From: a bacterium
Lineage (GTDB): Bacteria; CLD3; SB21
DNA: 64,000 nt
Assembly: GCA_013360215.1 (NCBI GenBank)
Contig: JABWCP010000003.1
Span: forward strand, 62,001-126,000
Reading direction: 5' to 3'
In this document: positions 31,801-39,323 of the stretch, one piece after another
Layout of the letters: each line of letters opens with the position of its first letter
Numbering within the stretch: the stretch's first letter is position 1
Notes under the pieces: generated by a model
Database searches by the model: none
What the model was told of the DNA's origin: nothing
Seen by the model: the letters and a program-made list of their open reading frames with translations, nothing else
Translations under genes and position numbers: made by a program

Positions 31801-34176
31801 CTGATTCGCAGCTACAGTTGTTCCACCGACCGTAGCCTGCCCGTTCACCTGCAGCGCAACACCGGTTCCTGAGTACGGATTGGGGTTTACAAGCGTGATC
31901 GTGCCTCCTGTAAAGTTGACAACACCGCGTTGGAGTAATAAAATTGAATTTGTACCGGTCAGATCCTGGGAACCAGTAGGATTGATATACAGATTACCAC
32001 CGGACATTTCGAACCGCCCCGTGGGGTCTAGTAATGTGATACGGCCGTTGAGGTACAAAAGGCCGCTTCTGATTTCAAGTTTATTGTAGGCGTCTATTGC
32101 TGCCGTATCAAAGTTCGGAATATTATCGTTATCCGCCTGGATATTGACAACCGAATTACCATCGCCGACATAAACAGAACCGCCATCAACGATAAAAGCT
32201 GTTGTATCGCCCGGATCGGCCGTATTAAAAGTTATGGTGTTTGTACCGCTGCTCGCCACCAAGCCGATATTCAATGTACCACCCTGTACATATACAGAAT
32301 CGCCGGTATTCACAACAAGCGATCCGGTTACATTGATCTTTCCGCCGAACATATGAAGCTTTGATCCCCCGGCAAGCCCGTTTGCGTTTCCAATTAAACG
32401 CATATTGCTTTTATTGCCGCCGCCTACTTGCACATGACCATCGGAATACACATACATCTTATTCCCGGTGCCATCTAGATCAAACAAATTCAACGTCGTC
32501 GGCGTAGGCAATTCAGCAGCCAAATTAGGCGCTACAATAATACCCGCCGAACTGTCCGCCCCGGAACCGTCACCAACGTTTATTCGCACATTACTTGCAA
32601 CGTTAAACAAATTTCCGGCAGTAATAGACGTCAGGGACGGGTTTGCACACAAAACCAAATAGCCATCCTGAACATCTAATATTGAATTTCCAGTCATAAA
32701 AAAAGTCACATTTCCACCGGTAGCATTCACGGTATTGACATTCCGGCCAAACTCCAGTCGCCCGCCGCCTCGGATAATCAGCGTATCTGAACCGCCTGTA
32801 ACATTACCTAAGTTGATCCACGTCGGATTCGTACTCAAAACGTCCAAAGAATCTCCGACATAAACCGTTCCACCGTTTATATCTAACTTGAAAGGGACAT
32901 TAGCGGTCGCAGCTGTGATTTCGCCTTTAACATTAAATACTGTTGTCGAACCGGACACTAACAGGGACGGTGAGGCTCCCACAAATGTTTGGTCCGCCAC
33001 AAAATCACCCACTGTGTCCCTCCCTAAGAGAACCTGTGCACCATTTGTAAAACTATGTGCGCTTCCACCACGGAGAAAATATACCGTTCCTGCGGTCGTT
33101 CTGCCGTAGCCTAATCGAACTGTAGCTGCGTCAACGGTACCTGATACGGTAGTGGAAACGTTATTTCCAGACACCAAGCGCCCGGCATAAACTTGTGTGG
33201 AAGCCCCGGATATATTAAAAGAACCGCCATTATCAAACCGAATATCACCAAAAATACCATCATTACCTACGTACAAGCGACCACCGTTTGACATTGTCAA
33301 AGACGCGGAAGAGCCGCCGGATGCTAAACTTTGAAAAGCAGCCGTATTTGTACCTTGAGAAACGCGTACGATACCTCCATCTATAACCAAAGCTCCCGTC
33401 AGAGTCGCTGTAGTATTAGCGGTAGAATTAACTAATTTTACCACACCTTGTGGAACATGAACGCGAGCATTTACCCCGACTGTCACCGCGCCGTTACTGA
33501 AAATCGCCGTATCAGGATTTTGGTGACTGTATACACCGGATACAAAAATAGCCGCACCGGCTGTAGCCGCAGGATCAACACCTTGAGAAAAAGTCGAAGA
33601 ATGGTTGGCTATTGAATCCGTGGCAACTGTTTTGCTCATCACCAAGTTACGAAGATCAAACGTGCCGCTACCATAAATGCGAGAATGACCGGAGCCGTTA
33701 AAAGTCATAACTGTGTTACCTGACGCCGTCTCAAAATCCAACGTTCCGTCATTAAACAACATACCTGCAAGCTGAAGATCGCAACCGCCGTTGCCGGAAG
33801 TATCAGTCAAGGTAGAACCCGAATAAATATGAACCGAATCAACCACCGTCAAAATAACATTAGTGTTATTTGAAGACATATTGACTTTACCGTTGACGAT
33901 GCTCAATCCGCCGATTGTCGGAGATACCGCATTGATCGAAACCGTACGGAATGTACCCGCCGGAATGATCACGATGTCGGCCCCATCCGGGCTGTCATTG
34001 ACCGTGCTTTGGCCGGGATAGGTATTGGTACCGGGATTATTACCATCGCGGGTAATCACCCAGTTACCGCCGGTCGTCCATGTACCGGTCGCGTTTAATG
34101 TAAAAACGTCCTGCGCAACCACATTGGCCGCAACTGAAACCAACAACGCAATCACATGCAGTAGAGACTTTCTCAT
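22849..34176 (-). CDS. Giant (~3,775 aa) secreted Gly/Ser/Thr/Asn-rich beta-strand repeat protein with T9SS/FlgD-like C-terminal domain
   Basis: Uninterrupted ORF; signal peptide MRKSLLHVIALLVSVAANVVA at ATG 34176; repeated modules; LPVELAYF and SNYPNPFNPTT...ASGVYIYRM...KKMMMLK terminus. Confidence 0.9.
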   Translation of the reverse strand: MRKSLLHVIALLVSVAANVVAQDVFTLNATGTWTTGGNWVITRDGNNPGTNTYPGQSTVNDSPDGADIVIIPAGTFRTVSINAVSPTIGGLSIVNGKVNMSSNNTNVILTVVDSVHIYSGSTLTDTSGNGGCDLQLAGMLFNDGTLDFETASGNTVMTFNGSGHSRIYGSGTFDLRNLVMSKTVATDSIANHSSTFSQGVDPAATAGAAIFVSGVYSHQNPDTAIFSNGAVTVGVNARVHVPQGVVKLVNSTANTTATLTGALVIDGGIVRVSQGTNTAAFQSLASGGSSASLTMSNGGRLYVGNDGIFGDIRFDNGGSFNISGASTQVYAGRLVSGNNVSTTVSGTVDAATVRLGYGRTTAGTVYFLRGGSAHSFTNGAQVLLGRDTVGDFVADQTFVGASPSLLVSGSTTVFNVKGEITAATANVPFKLDINGGTVYVGDSLDVLSTNPTWINLGNVTGGSDTLIIRGGGRLEFGRNVNTVNATGGNVTFFMTGNSILDVQDGYLVLCANPSLTSITAGNLFNVASNVRINVGDGSGADSSAGIIVAPNLAAELPTPTTLNLFDLDGTGNKMYVYSDGHVQVGGGNKSNMRLIGNANGLAGGSKLHMFGGKINVTGSLVVNTGDSVYVQGGTLNIGLVASSGTNTITFNTADPGDTTAFIVDGGSVYVGDGNSVVNIQADNDNIPNFDTAAIDAYNKLEIRSGLLYLNGRITLLDPTGRFEMSGGNLYINPTGSQDLTGTNSILLLQRGVVNFTGGTITLVNPNPYSGTGVALQVNGQATVGGTTVAANQLSGLPTALNEVTDVVFQGTTSFGDGSASEDGSSDGFDITLADFGGSNPYGKFLINNPNGSNRHVSLTLQNSGGSHDSVLTVNDSLVIRAGEFRQNRNRIDYDGSGVAGMEIGSSGTLRISSVQNFDYFPQGFNSYTLASTSTVMYDGASTGTTVVDAGGSAQFGNLTISGNGTKQMNSSQTVRGTLLLTSATLAAGSNLTMASGSTIKRDAGTMTASNNLGGNDYTIEYIGTSKNTAAGEWSGTGKKHLKVNMTSGNTLTMHANLPTTGRIIDSLVIESGSTLADGGFEAIVSGNLRVNGTHSGTGFIRLDSATTHTITGDGSGTINRLSIFGVSGTDVTVTAASDFTINDSLLFEASAAADDRILHIGANTLTMGSKMTPFFTNISASSPARYITTNGSTSDDGMVKPYGSTGSFTWPFGVSGKYTPATIDLTTAAVLGNVTLKPINSAHPVTTDPTNLELAYYWIASTTIASPVVNSKFAYVDADQSGRGTESAYIPAKYTPTTWTRINDVTAVSDGNATDTIYFNGVSYITGDYTAGEPADFGSVLTYYSRQTGNWTDPNTWSTTGVGGSAAGTTPGSSRPVVIGSGHIVYVNNNNLTSASMEIQSGAQLDINPGITGSNFGVSSGTGTLILRSSTSTPPTFPSGDWSSFLGSSGGTVAYSGVGSYTLPSSPTTYNNLTITNSGAGDRTMPNTTLSISGNMTLNAAQTVYFDSSASGNVTIGGDLRVSHASAILQLRGSLNARTISVSGDVENSGTISIGSSTGSLTHALSIGDSLINNGTFNMVNGTNVCNVTFTGSSDAAITGSGTTTFNRLIVNKGTSQTPVLTLNLTNAPTINGSVSAVNKALTLTSGTLRLAGSFNFPYTISTGNDYTIPASARLWVDNSNATLTLDNSSGSNSLKLYGTLQISNGTVNVGVSAGGTNTCDISYDTANGLGVVPAINVSGGTLTVAGKIRPLSDPTANVQPLNYTQSAGTVSVSRYQAESANSTAYGVSDFTLRSTTGVFTMSGGTLNVVRRGASSNGRGLLILVGSNYSVSGGTVQILTSNFTGNFNCVVHSDAPFWNLIIGAGTSYTANIGGSNSAATNCTVLNDFTLNIGGQFYVSSLASLNAQQHNLVIGGSFIRQNGTLSMGFNTTQQSTGNSVLIFNGSGLTNQTRPQVFNYGGTVNLRSLTISNTNSDTVRLASGTHLNIARDLTISSGVFDATTNDNRLTFTTTDNFNQTITGNARLSVVAVSKTTANASLTLATGASLTIEDTLRLSNGLFNIGQGSLTILSTSASAIQDGGAGAAFSATRMIVIDSTTSSLGVTRSYPNTTTSGMLFPIGISGYYVPANIDISSGSPGTGTINVKVVGGAHPNSNAASALSMYWVTTTSGFTSAPTLLHTYIYDESDIVGTESSYLPQRYNGSSWAAGVTDSVRFGSTPSYFTDATSANLSSASFTAGYSFSNPVTFYSWNSGVIGGSMNWSDAATALSGTSAWSGDSASFVSVVGQGLSGGNIPGSTNPVVIRNHHTVTLTGSSQAASLQIDSAATLSMGAQTISLGSGVTGKGTIHTTSGSNLPSLSAGFVGSDGGVVNFGGTTRYSLPAQTTYHSLIISGTQAKILTANVALSGNLYIDGTSAGDTLDLNTFTLNRSTSGGSFTMDATTTLVVRNLTNFPSNYATYSFSNTSLVSYIMNGAQTIGALNGTNGGGYGNLSITRAGGTAITNRLLAGNTIVKGNLTVNQDCGISLTSNNYSLTVGGNLTFTGTGADSTNFIPFSGDLILNGSGTQTVSSQMRMRLYNVIVNGTGSVILSATQWGVGNKLYIKSGTFTIGTNNIEIGGSLRNFGTWTTPANTITFTGTTATDTIGGSNAIAFRNLTLTKAASQNLRLETPVTVKNSLTMSNDGNIILTGSNALTIDTSATVSAGSGSFSASRCIIQTGALGGPQIIKNLAAAPVVASFTFPIGYGSYYLPAVMTFGTRTGTGNIAVRAVSGANPNIIVPSKALDQYWTVDVTSFTNVKLLQSFYYNNAEAQGTETNYVPRYWAGSSPWLTPSNGFESSAGDVFGHQDSMTFTPGTYEWVPGEASAFNPPLYSRTAAAANSDTASWTNPNTWTANSDGSGAAAGTVPDNTVPVTILSGHGVKTVTNSDASTSLTLNGRLTIDSTTGNNFGEIDGAGTLILKRGSFPTYTVLGSDFFTVGTGGTVIYAGVNASYTLPASPTDYNNLVIDSGGTKTLAGYTTVNSLTVGAASTLGQATTLATNNNTIEIKDDYELNGSFTHGTGTVYFNGSTGSQSLGANSVAATLNFHHLIFDNNTAKTLGKPITTTGNLTITSSASIITQSSNDITVAGNWLNNGLSTVLSTTTGDVIFNSTTAAQSLTGSTNFADLTISKTGQVITLNDSIRVTGDLSITGGTLALANESMSINGNISNAGSITHSSGTVHFTGNSTQTLNGAGSASLNNVTVNGSSNTVAANANYDVTGNLRVVAGTFAPSASDAYYNVDSLIVHSGGTFDGANLTATWLSGSFRNHGTLTALADTTVFRATAAGLTVTGGPTFENLRIIDSGRVTLSSNTSVSDELQLVGGFIVTGSNSLILTKTATDPVTGGDSLSFVDGNVVITWPASQTYVARTFPTGNALYRFFRPIEIAASTDATPPTVRTSLAHSSANAGTLNGGLVKVSDIRYHTVTRTAGNDFTGSDLTARLVYARRAISDFASVEANLRVARSTDFSTWDNIGGVGVDTLESATTDGDTAGYILSNATSLAGLNSPTYFTLGTTTFDNSLPVELAYFRATTTDGQIRVEWRTESETENAYWLIQRREVNDEEAEHYRSTGKLSNANAQYQTVSSIEGQGTKASATDYNYLDKSAETGKMYAYRISDVGYDGTVTAHNVVVVSMDMPRTFALKSNYPNPFNPTTTIRYELPVSAKVTIKVYNILGQEVTTLVDADQTSGFQKVVWNGLNKYNQQVASGVYIYRMIAVSKDGKQSFTQTKKMMMLK

Positions 34177-34288
34177 ACTGGAATTCCCTAAGGTTTTAGG
34201 TTGATATATTAAATTTTTAATTCTTTTCAGAACGGGTTTTGATCTCATCAAAAGAATTGACGGATACACTTTTATTCATAATGTCATA

Positions 34289-34317
34289 ATATTAAAATAA
34301 TTAGCTCACATTGTCAA
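34289..34317 (-). promoter_or_regulatory. sigma70 promoter for the giant gene
   Basis: Minus strand TTGACA-17 bp-TAATAT. Confidence 0.55.
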
Positions 34318-34523
34318 ATATTTTTGTAAGTAATTTTGCCGACCCAAATGACACGGGCATACAGCATGTTTTTACAAGCTTTTGACAAAACGGTCATGTT
34401 TTGTTTAAAAAAACAAGATGTTAATAAACTTTCAGGATTTAGTATAAAATACGTAGATATACGTGAAGGAGTAAAATACTACTTTTTCATCTATGGCTTT
34501 ATCGATTTTACAAAGATACGCCA

Positions 34524-36710
34524 CTACCCCAACCAATACCCTATTTGGGTGATAAGAAAACATACGGCCAACGCAATAACGAGGGGCATGAGATTGGAAA
34601 CCACTGTCCATTTGACACTGCGCGTTTCTTTCCAAATCGTGAGTGTCGTCGTACTGCATGGGTAGTGAAGAAGTGAAAAAAACATCAACGATATGGCCGT
34701 TAAGGACGTCCAACCGTTTTGAATAAATAAGGCTTTCAGTTCGGTATCCGAATCCAACTCTGTCATTTGCCCGGCGGCCATATAACCCATTATGATCGTG
34801 GGAACGATTATTTCATTGGCCGGTATAGCAATAATGTATGCAAGTAAGATGATGCCGTCGAGCCCGATGGATTTTCCTAAAGGGTCTAGCCAAGCTGCAC
34901 CATGAGCAAAAAGCGACAGACCATCATATTGCACATTAGCCAAAACCCAGCACAAGCCTCCGGCCGGAGCCGCCATAACCACCGCGCGCCACAAGACCAA
35001 ACCCGTACGATCAATCAGCGAAGTATATAAAATCCTGAAAAACTGCGGACGACGATACGGCGGTAACTCAATCTGAAAAAATGAAGATTCGCCTTTGAGA
35101 CTGGTCGCCGTACTCAGAAATTTGGCCACTAAAAGGGTAACTAAAATCCCAAACAAAGTAATGCCTACGATCGCCGATGCTGCGACAATCGAAGCCACCC
35201 CAGCCGGTAACGAAGCCGCTACAAAAAGCGAGGCCAGCATAATCAACGTCGGCCAGCGCCCGTTGCAAGGGACAAAATTATTGGTGAGTATAGCGATCAA
35301 CCGCTCTCTCGGTGAATCAATGATCCGTGTCGCGATCACACCTGCCGCATTGCAGCCGAAACCCATACCCATAGCCAACGCCTGTTTGCCATGTGCACCC
35401 GACCATTTGAATAAACGATCCAAACTAAACGCTACACGCGGCAGATATCCGAAATCTTCGAGTATGGTAAACATAGGAAAAAAAATCGCCATCGGTGGTA
35501 ACATAACAGACACTACCCAAGCCAATCCGCGAAATACACCATGAATTAAAAAACCGGTCAACCACCACGGCGCTCCAAGTTGATTCATACCGGCCGCTAA
35601 AAAATCTTCTACGGAAAACAACAGATCGGCCAACATCGCCGAAGGTACATTCGCTCCGGCAATGGTGAGATAAAACACCACGGCCAATACCAACAGCATC
35701 AACGGAATACCTATAAAACGTGAAGTCAACCAACGGTCTAAGGCATTTTCCCAAAGTCGTGTTATTCGTGTTTGCTCCACCGCACGTCCGGCAATTCGTT
35801 TTGCATCATAAAATAGCGACTCGACAAGACTGTCGTGCAGTACGGTTTGGATTTTTTCAGATGCGCTATCCGCTTCGTCAATGATACTTCTGATTTCATG
35901 TACGCCCGGATGATCAGGGTTTGTAAGCGCAGGGACAGGTATATCGTTACTCAGAAGACGCGTATGCCAATGGCCGGATAATAAAGCTTCGCGAATACCC
36001 TGATCTTTATCTAACAACCGAACGGCCATCCAGGAGGGATTTGGAATTTTCGGATCATACGCATGAATTTTCTGACTCAAAATATCCACCGTCTCTCTCA
36101 ACGATTCCGGATAATTTATTCGAAACGGTTTCACCGGTATGAGGTTTTTACTCAGTTGAGCAATGGTTTCCTGTAAAACATCGAGCCCTCGACCGCTTCG
36201 TGCCGCCGTGAGGACCACCGGTATTCCTAAATCTTCCTGCAAGCGCGCGGCATCAATGCGAATACCTTTACGTTCGGCTTCGTCAATCAGATTGACACAC
36301 ACGATGACGCGATCCGTGATCTGCATGATTTGCAGCGCCAAGTTGAGATTGCGCTCCAGATTGGTAGCATCCACGACGACGACGGTCACATCCGGTTTAC
36401 CGAATAACACAAAATTGCGCGCGATCTCTTCGTCCGTCGAAGCCGAAAGCAATGAATACGTACCCGGCAAGTCTACCAGGCGGTAACGGCGTTCGCCATA
36501 GGTAAAATGACCTTCCATACGCTTGACCGTTTTTCCGGGCCAATTACCGGTATGCTGATTTAGCCCGGTTAATGCATTAAAAACCGTACTTTTTCCGGTA
36601 TTGGGATTGCCGGCCAACGCAATGACCATCTCATGCGCCGTCTTTGACATATTAAGAAAAACGGGAGTCTGAATGCTTTTCTGTTTTTTATTTTCTTTAA
36701 CAATACTCAT
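34524..36710 (-). CDS. feoB: Ferrous iron transporter B
   Basis: GNPNTGKS, GNWPGKT, DLPGTYS, LEDFGYLPR, GFGCNAAG, PCNGR, ELPPYR. Start placed at ATG 36710. Confidence 0.96.
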   Translation of the reverse strand: MSIVKENKKQKSIQTPVFLNMSKTAHEMVIALAGNPNTGKSTVFNALTGLNQHTGNWPGKTVKRMEGHFTYGERRYRLVDLPGTYSLLSASTDEEIARNFVLFGKPDVTVVVVDATNLERNLNLALQIMQITDRVIVCVNLIDEAERKGIRIDAARLQEDLGIPVVLTAARSGRGLDVLQETIAQLSKNLIPVKPFRINYPESLRETVDILSQKIHAYDPKIPNPSWMAVRLLDKDQGIREALLSGHWHTRLLSNDIPVPALTNPDHPGVHEIRSIIDEADSASEKIQTVLHDSLVESLFYDAKRIAGRAVEQTRITRLWENALDRWLTSRFIGIPLMLLVLAVVFYLTIAGANVPSAMLADLLFSVEDFLAAGMNQLGAPWWLTGFLIHGVFRGLAWVVSVMLPPMAIFFPMFTILEDFGYLPRVAFSLDRLFKWSGAHGKQALAMGMGFGCNAAGVIATRIIDSPRERLIAILTNNFVPCNGRWPTLIMLASLFVAASLPAGVASIVAASAIVGITLFGILVTLLVAKFLSTATSLKGESSFFQIELPPYRRPQFFRILYTSLIDRTGLVLWRAVVMAAPAGGLCWVLANVQYDGLSLFAHGAAWLDPLGKSIGLDGIILLAYIIAIPANEIIVPTIIMGYMAAGQMTELDSDTELKALFIQNGWTSLTAISLMFFSLLHYPCSTTTLTIWKETRSVKWTVVSNLMPLVIALAVCFLITQIGYWLG

Positions 36711-36714
36711 AGTC

Positions 36715-36963
36715 TTATAACACAACCTCTATTTTTTTAGCTTCTTCCCGGCGCAACGCGATCAACGTGCCTTTGACACGGTACGCTGTCGGGTCACCGA
36801 AAGGGCTTCGGCTCACGACCTCGATAGGCTCATCACGCAAAAAACCAAAATCCAGAAGCCTGCGACGCGCCATACCATGTATATGCATGTCGGCAATACG
36901 TACTGACGCGCCGATCGGAATGCTGTCCAGTGTGATTTTGGGGGTTGCCGTGTGATCATTCAT
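36715..36963 (-). CDS. feoA: Ferrous iron transport protein A
   Basis: RRRLLDFGF, SPFGDP, IALRREEA. Confidence 0.95.
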   Translation of the reverse strand: MNDHTATPKITLDSIPIGASVRIADMHIHGMARRRLLDFGFLRDEPIEVVSRSPFGDPTAYRVKGTLIALRREEAKKIEVVL

Positions 36964-37625
36964 TTTTTTTCTTTTTCTTTTTTTACAAAAATATTGCTGG
37001 TCACTTCGTGACTCAACGTATGTTCTTCTTTACCGTCAATACGCAGACGCATTGAGTTATCATAACTTTCTTTGGCACAAATACGAATGCGCGAATTCAA
37101 CGACAGACGGATCCGCTTCATGTATTTCAACAATTCTTCGGAATCACGCACTTGCATGATACGCGCCGTGTCACCGACGGAAAGCTCAGCCAGTGACGGG
37201 TGATGTATTTCTTCCATCTTGCCTTCATGGGTCGGGATCGGATCTCCGTGCGGGTCGTAACGCGGATGACCGAGAAATTCATCCAGACGATGTTCCATTT
37301 CCTCTGAAATGACATGTTCAAGGCGTTCCGCCTCATCATGTACGGCTTCCCAACTATAACCTAATGCCTTCACAAGAAAGGCTTCTAGAAGACGGTGGCG
37401 ACGAATCACTTTAAGTGCAAGTTTGTCGCCCTTAGTTGTCAAACGGACTCCGTAGTACGGTGTATAATCCAAATAACCGTGATGCGTCAGTTTTTTGATC
37501 ATATCCGTCACGGACGCGGACGAAATACCCATCCGTTCGGCTATGGCTTTGGTCGTTATTTTGTCCCGCATACGACTCAGCCAAAATATGTGCTTTAAGT
37601 AGTCTTCCGTGCTTTTATTCTTCAT
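36960..37625 (-). CDS. DtxR/IdeR/MntR family metal-dependent repressor with FeoA-like SH3 domain
   Basis: EDYLKHI, SVTDMIKKL, RRHRLLE, EAERLEH, DPHGDPIP. Confidence 0.95.
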   Translation of the reverse strand: MKNKSTEDYLKHIFWLSRMRDKITTKAIAERMGISSASVTDMIKKLTHHGYLDYTPYYGVRLTTKGDKLALKVIRRHRLLEAFLVKALGYSWEAVHDEAERLEHVISEEMEHRLDEFLGHPRYDPHGDPIPTHEGKMEEIHHPSLAELSVGDTARIMQVRDSEELLKYMKRIRLSLNSRIRICAKESYDNSMRLRIDGKEEHTLSHEVTSNIFVKKEKEKK

Positions 37626-37639
37626 AACCAATAAAAAGA

Positions 37640-37658
37640 TTAGGTTAAACTAAACTAT
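37640..37658. promoter_or_regulatory. DtxR/IdeR-type operator TTAGGTTAAACTAAACTAT
   Basis: 15/19 match to the consensus TTAGGTTAGCCTAACCTAA; overlaps the -10 and start region of the dtxR-feoAB promoter. Confidence 0.8.
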
Positions 37659-37685
37659 TATATATGAATTCCTAAATAATGTCAA
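37657..37685 (-). promoter_or_regulatory. Consensus sigma70 promoter of dtxR-feoA-feoB
   Basis: Minus strand exact TTGACA-17 bp-TATAAT. Confidence 0.85.
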
Positions 37686-37738
37686 GATTTATTTGAACAA
37701 AAATACGTAAGTACGATAGGTATCAATCAGGATGGAGC

Positions 37739-37805
37739 AAAAAAAAGCCCCTTAAATCTTATCATAGCCGCCATCTTGACGACGTATAAAAGGATTTTCG
37801 GGGCT
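37739..37805 (-). terminator. Extended-hairpin intrinsic terminator after the DUF2892 gene
   Basis: AGCCCC/GGGGCT basal stem followed by T run on the minus strand, enclosing further stems. Confidence 0.65.
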
Positions 37806-37828
37806 ACTTGATCTGAGTGGAAAAGTGA

Positions 37829-38032
37829 TTATTCTTTTTTACGGGTATTGATGCCAAAAGGCAGGTACAAAGGGCACCAAGAAATAAAACTCGTTACGAT
37901 AAACGCTACGGCGACAATCAAAAGCACCGTCGTGAGCCAACCGGACAACATACCGCCATAGTACAGAGCAATAATAGCGATGGCCGCAATAATTCGCAGC
38001 GCACGATCTGCATTTCCCATATTCTTTGTCAT
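37829..38032 (-). CDS. DUF2892 (YgaP-like) small membrane protein
   Basis: NMGNADRALR, two TM segments, WCPLYLPFGINT. Confidence 0.92.
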   Translation of the reverse strand: MTKNMGNADRALRIIAAIAIIALYYGGMLSGWLTTVLLIVAVAFIVTSFISWCPLYLPFGINTRKKE

Positions 38033-38107
38033 GACACTCTCCTAAGTTAACGGTTAAGGGACTTTTAATGACACATCACAAGATAGGGCATGTTTGTACC
38101 CATGTCA

Positions 38108-38121
38108 GTAACATTTGTCAC
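38108..38121. promoter_or_regulatory. Putative binding site of the adjacent Crp/Fnr regulator (GTAAC-ATTT-GTCAC)
   Basis: Imperfect inverted repeat between the crp/fnr gene and the DUF2892 gene. Confidence 0.4.
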
Positions 38122-38135
38122 CAAGAACAAAAAAA

Positions 38136-38771
38136 TTAGAGAATTTCGATCGTCGTGCGGCCGAGGCGTACCTGACCATTACGCTCCATTACTTTGAGCA
38201 ATCGGGAAACAACTTCGCGGGAAGTATTAAGTTCATCCGCTACTTTCTGGTGAGTTAAACGCACCGTGCGGCCGTCTCCGGCGCGTGCATGTTGGCGAAG
38301 GCATGTCATAATACGGCGATCCATTTTTTCGAAGGCAATCGTATCGATCATGGACAACAATTCATCATACCGTTGACTAAAGGTATTGATGACAAACCGT
38401 TTGAATGCGGGAAACTCCGTCATCCAGGGCTCAATAAAAGACGAAGGGATAGCAATCAATTCCGTCAAAGAATCGGCTTCGCCTTTGATACGGCTGCGCT
38501 CTTCGCCGAGGCAACTTTTGAGAGACATCGCACAGGATTGACCGGGCTCAATGTGGTATAAAAAAAGTGCATGGCCTTCGCCGTCATCACGACTCACCTT
38601 GATCGAACCTTTGGTCACTAACGGGACGACTTTGACATAGTCGTTGGTTTTTACAAGCATGTCCCCGGGATTGGCCGTCATCAAGCGGCTATGTTTTTCG
38701 ATCTCTGCGATCAGCGTTTTATGCTGCAAATCCGGAAATTTTTCAGCAAGCAATGTGCGTAGCCGACTCAT
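38136..38771 (-). CDS. Crp/Fnr family transcriptional regulator
   Basis: cNMP-like domain (GSIKVSR...LYHIEPGQSCAMS); HTH THQKVADELNTSREVVSRLLK. Confidence 0.93.
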   Translation of the reverse strand: MSRLRTLLAEKFPDLQHKTLIAEIEKHSRLMTANPGDMLVKTNDYVKVVPLVTKGSIKVSRDDGEGHALFLYHIEPGQSCAMSLKSCLGEERSRIKGEADSLTELIAIPSSFIEPWMTEFPAFKRFVINTFSQRYDELLSMIDTIAFEKMDRRIMTCLRQHARAGDGRTVRLTHQKVADELNTSREVVSRLLKVMERNGQVRLGRTTIEIL

Positions 38772-38812
38772 AACGTAATACTACCGGTTTATTATCATTT
38801 TAAGGATTTGAC

Positions 38813-39244
38813 TCACCCTTGGGTAGCGGGAACGCAGTGCTTTTCATAAGCTGCGGCGAGCTTATTGGCGACATCCATTGCCGTTTGTCCTTCGATCTCA
38901 AATCGTTGAAGCATCCATACTAATTTTCCGTTTCTAAACAGCGCGGCCGACGGCGATGAAGGCGGAAATTCTTTGATATGCTCGCGTACCCGAGCCACAG
39001 CCTCGGTATCCTGACCTGCGAAAACGGTGGTTAAATGATCGGGGCGCTTCGCATTATTCAGCGACATGGCGACACCGGGGCGAGCCATTCCTGCCGCGCA
39101 TCCGCAAACCGAATTAACAACAACTAATGTCGTACCCTGATTTTGCAGCGCTTCGTCAACGGCGGCCTTCGTTTTCAATTCCGTAAAACCGATTTTGGTC
39201 AATTCTGCACGCATGGGCGCAACAAGGCGTTCATCGTAAGGCAT
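38813..39244 (-). CDS. BrxA/BrxB family bacilliredoxin
   Basis: VVNSVCGCAAGMARP (CGC motif), TVFAGQD, PPSSPS. Confidence 0.93.
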   Translation of the reverse strand: MPYDERLVAPMRAELTKIGFTELKTKAAVDEALQNQGTTLVVVNSVCGCAAGMARPGVAMSLNNAKRPDHLTTVFAGQDTEAVARVREHIKEFPPSSPSAALFRNGKLVWMLQRFEIEGQTAMDVANKLAAAYEKHCVPATQG

Positions 39245-39323
39245 ACGTTCTCCTATTATTTCATTTGTAAAGTTTCAAAATTTGGATTTAATGCTGGGGA
39301 CGCGTTACTTTCTATTTATTTTA

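Noticed and set aside
21968-34176. tRNA-Arg as the attachment site of an island containing GT2 and the giant gene
   Set aside because: The region looks AT-richer, but I found no integrase, transposase or duplicated tRNA 3' end.
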